DNA of 64,000 bases from Nematocida ausubeli (Eukaryota). Below the pieces are notes generated by a model. That model saw only the letters and a list, made by a program, of their open reading frames with translations, did not search any database and had not been told where the DNA came from. The stretch covers positions 310,001-374,000 of the forward strand of contig NW_026515634.1 in assembly GCF_000738915.1 (NCBI RefSeq). Reading direction: 5' to 3'. The stretch's first letter is position 1; each line of letters begins with the position of its first letter. Position numbers and translations under genes: made by a program. Below, in pieces: positions 63,648 through 64,000 of this stretch.

Positions 63648-64000
63648 ATGGAAGAAGCCATACGGAGTGTAGAAGAAAAGGAAGGCATCCGCTTAACGTG
63701 GAATACCTTCTCAAACACAAAAGCCGAAACAGCAAAGAATATCATCCCTCTGGTGTGCCTGTATAAGCCAATGCACGGGTATCACAACAACTCACTGTTG
63801 CAGGTAGGGTATTCTGCGGTTAGGTGCTCAAAGCCAGAGTGCGGGAGTGTTCTGAGCCCATACTCCTCCTTGGACTTTGGGGCCAAGCATTGGGGATGCA
63901 TCTTCTGCGGGCGCATGAACATGCTGCCACCGCACTACAGAGACATAACACCAGAGAACCTGCCATACGAGCTGTTTGGGGATAGCACAACTGTCTTCTA
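63648..64000 (+). CDS. SEC23: COPII coat Sec23, runs off the right edge (3' partial)
   Basis: Not in the ORF track; hand translation MEEAIRSVEEKEGIRLTWNTF..IPLVCLYKP..C..PECGSVLSPY..WGCIFC..N.LPPHY..LPYEL. Confidence 0.93.
   Translation, partial: MEEAIRSVEEKEGIRLTWNTFSNTKAETAKNIIPLVCLYKPMHGYHNNSLLQVGYSAVRCSKPECGSVLSPYSSLDFGAKHWGCIFCGRMNMLPPHYRDITPENLPYELFGDSTTVF

Overview
Compact, apparently intron-free eukaryotic DNA from a microsporidian, most likely Nematocida. This inference rests on highly divergent fungal-type housekeeping proteins, mitosomal Isu1/Jac1, PDH E1alpha, AAATTT/CCC start-codon contexts and a Nematocida-type large-gene-family protein. About 42 CDSs and one initiator tRNA-Met sit in tight clusters (0-52 bp spacers) separated by 0.4-1.5 kb AT-rich, CpG-poor stretches. 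Both edges are partial genes: GlnRS on the left, Sec23 on the right. I see no mobile element or CRISPR array. Most interesting: (1) an accessory island at about 19-25.8 kb with a secreted large-family gene and a small PY-motif (PPSY/VPSY) membrane protein, each preceded about 500 bp upstream by the same diverged repeat, while the Rsp5-like HECT ligase in the window has only a Trp-less WW relic; (2) a structured GC-rich candidate ncRNA just upstream of an atypical initiator tRNA; (3) a retained but heavily eroded SF3B1/Hsh155; (4) several eroded regulatory or catalytic sites (eIF2alpha Ser51->Thr, adenylate cyclase Asn->Ile, HPD-less J domain). All protein identities come from motifs I recognised by eye; no database search was run.
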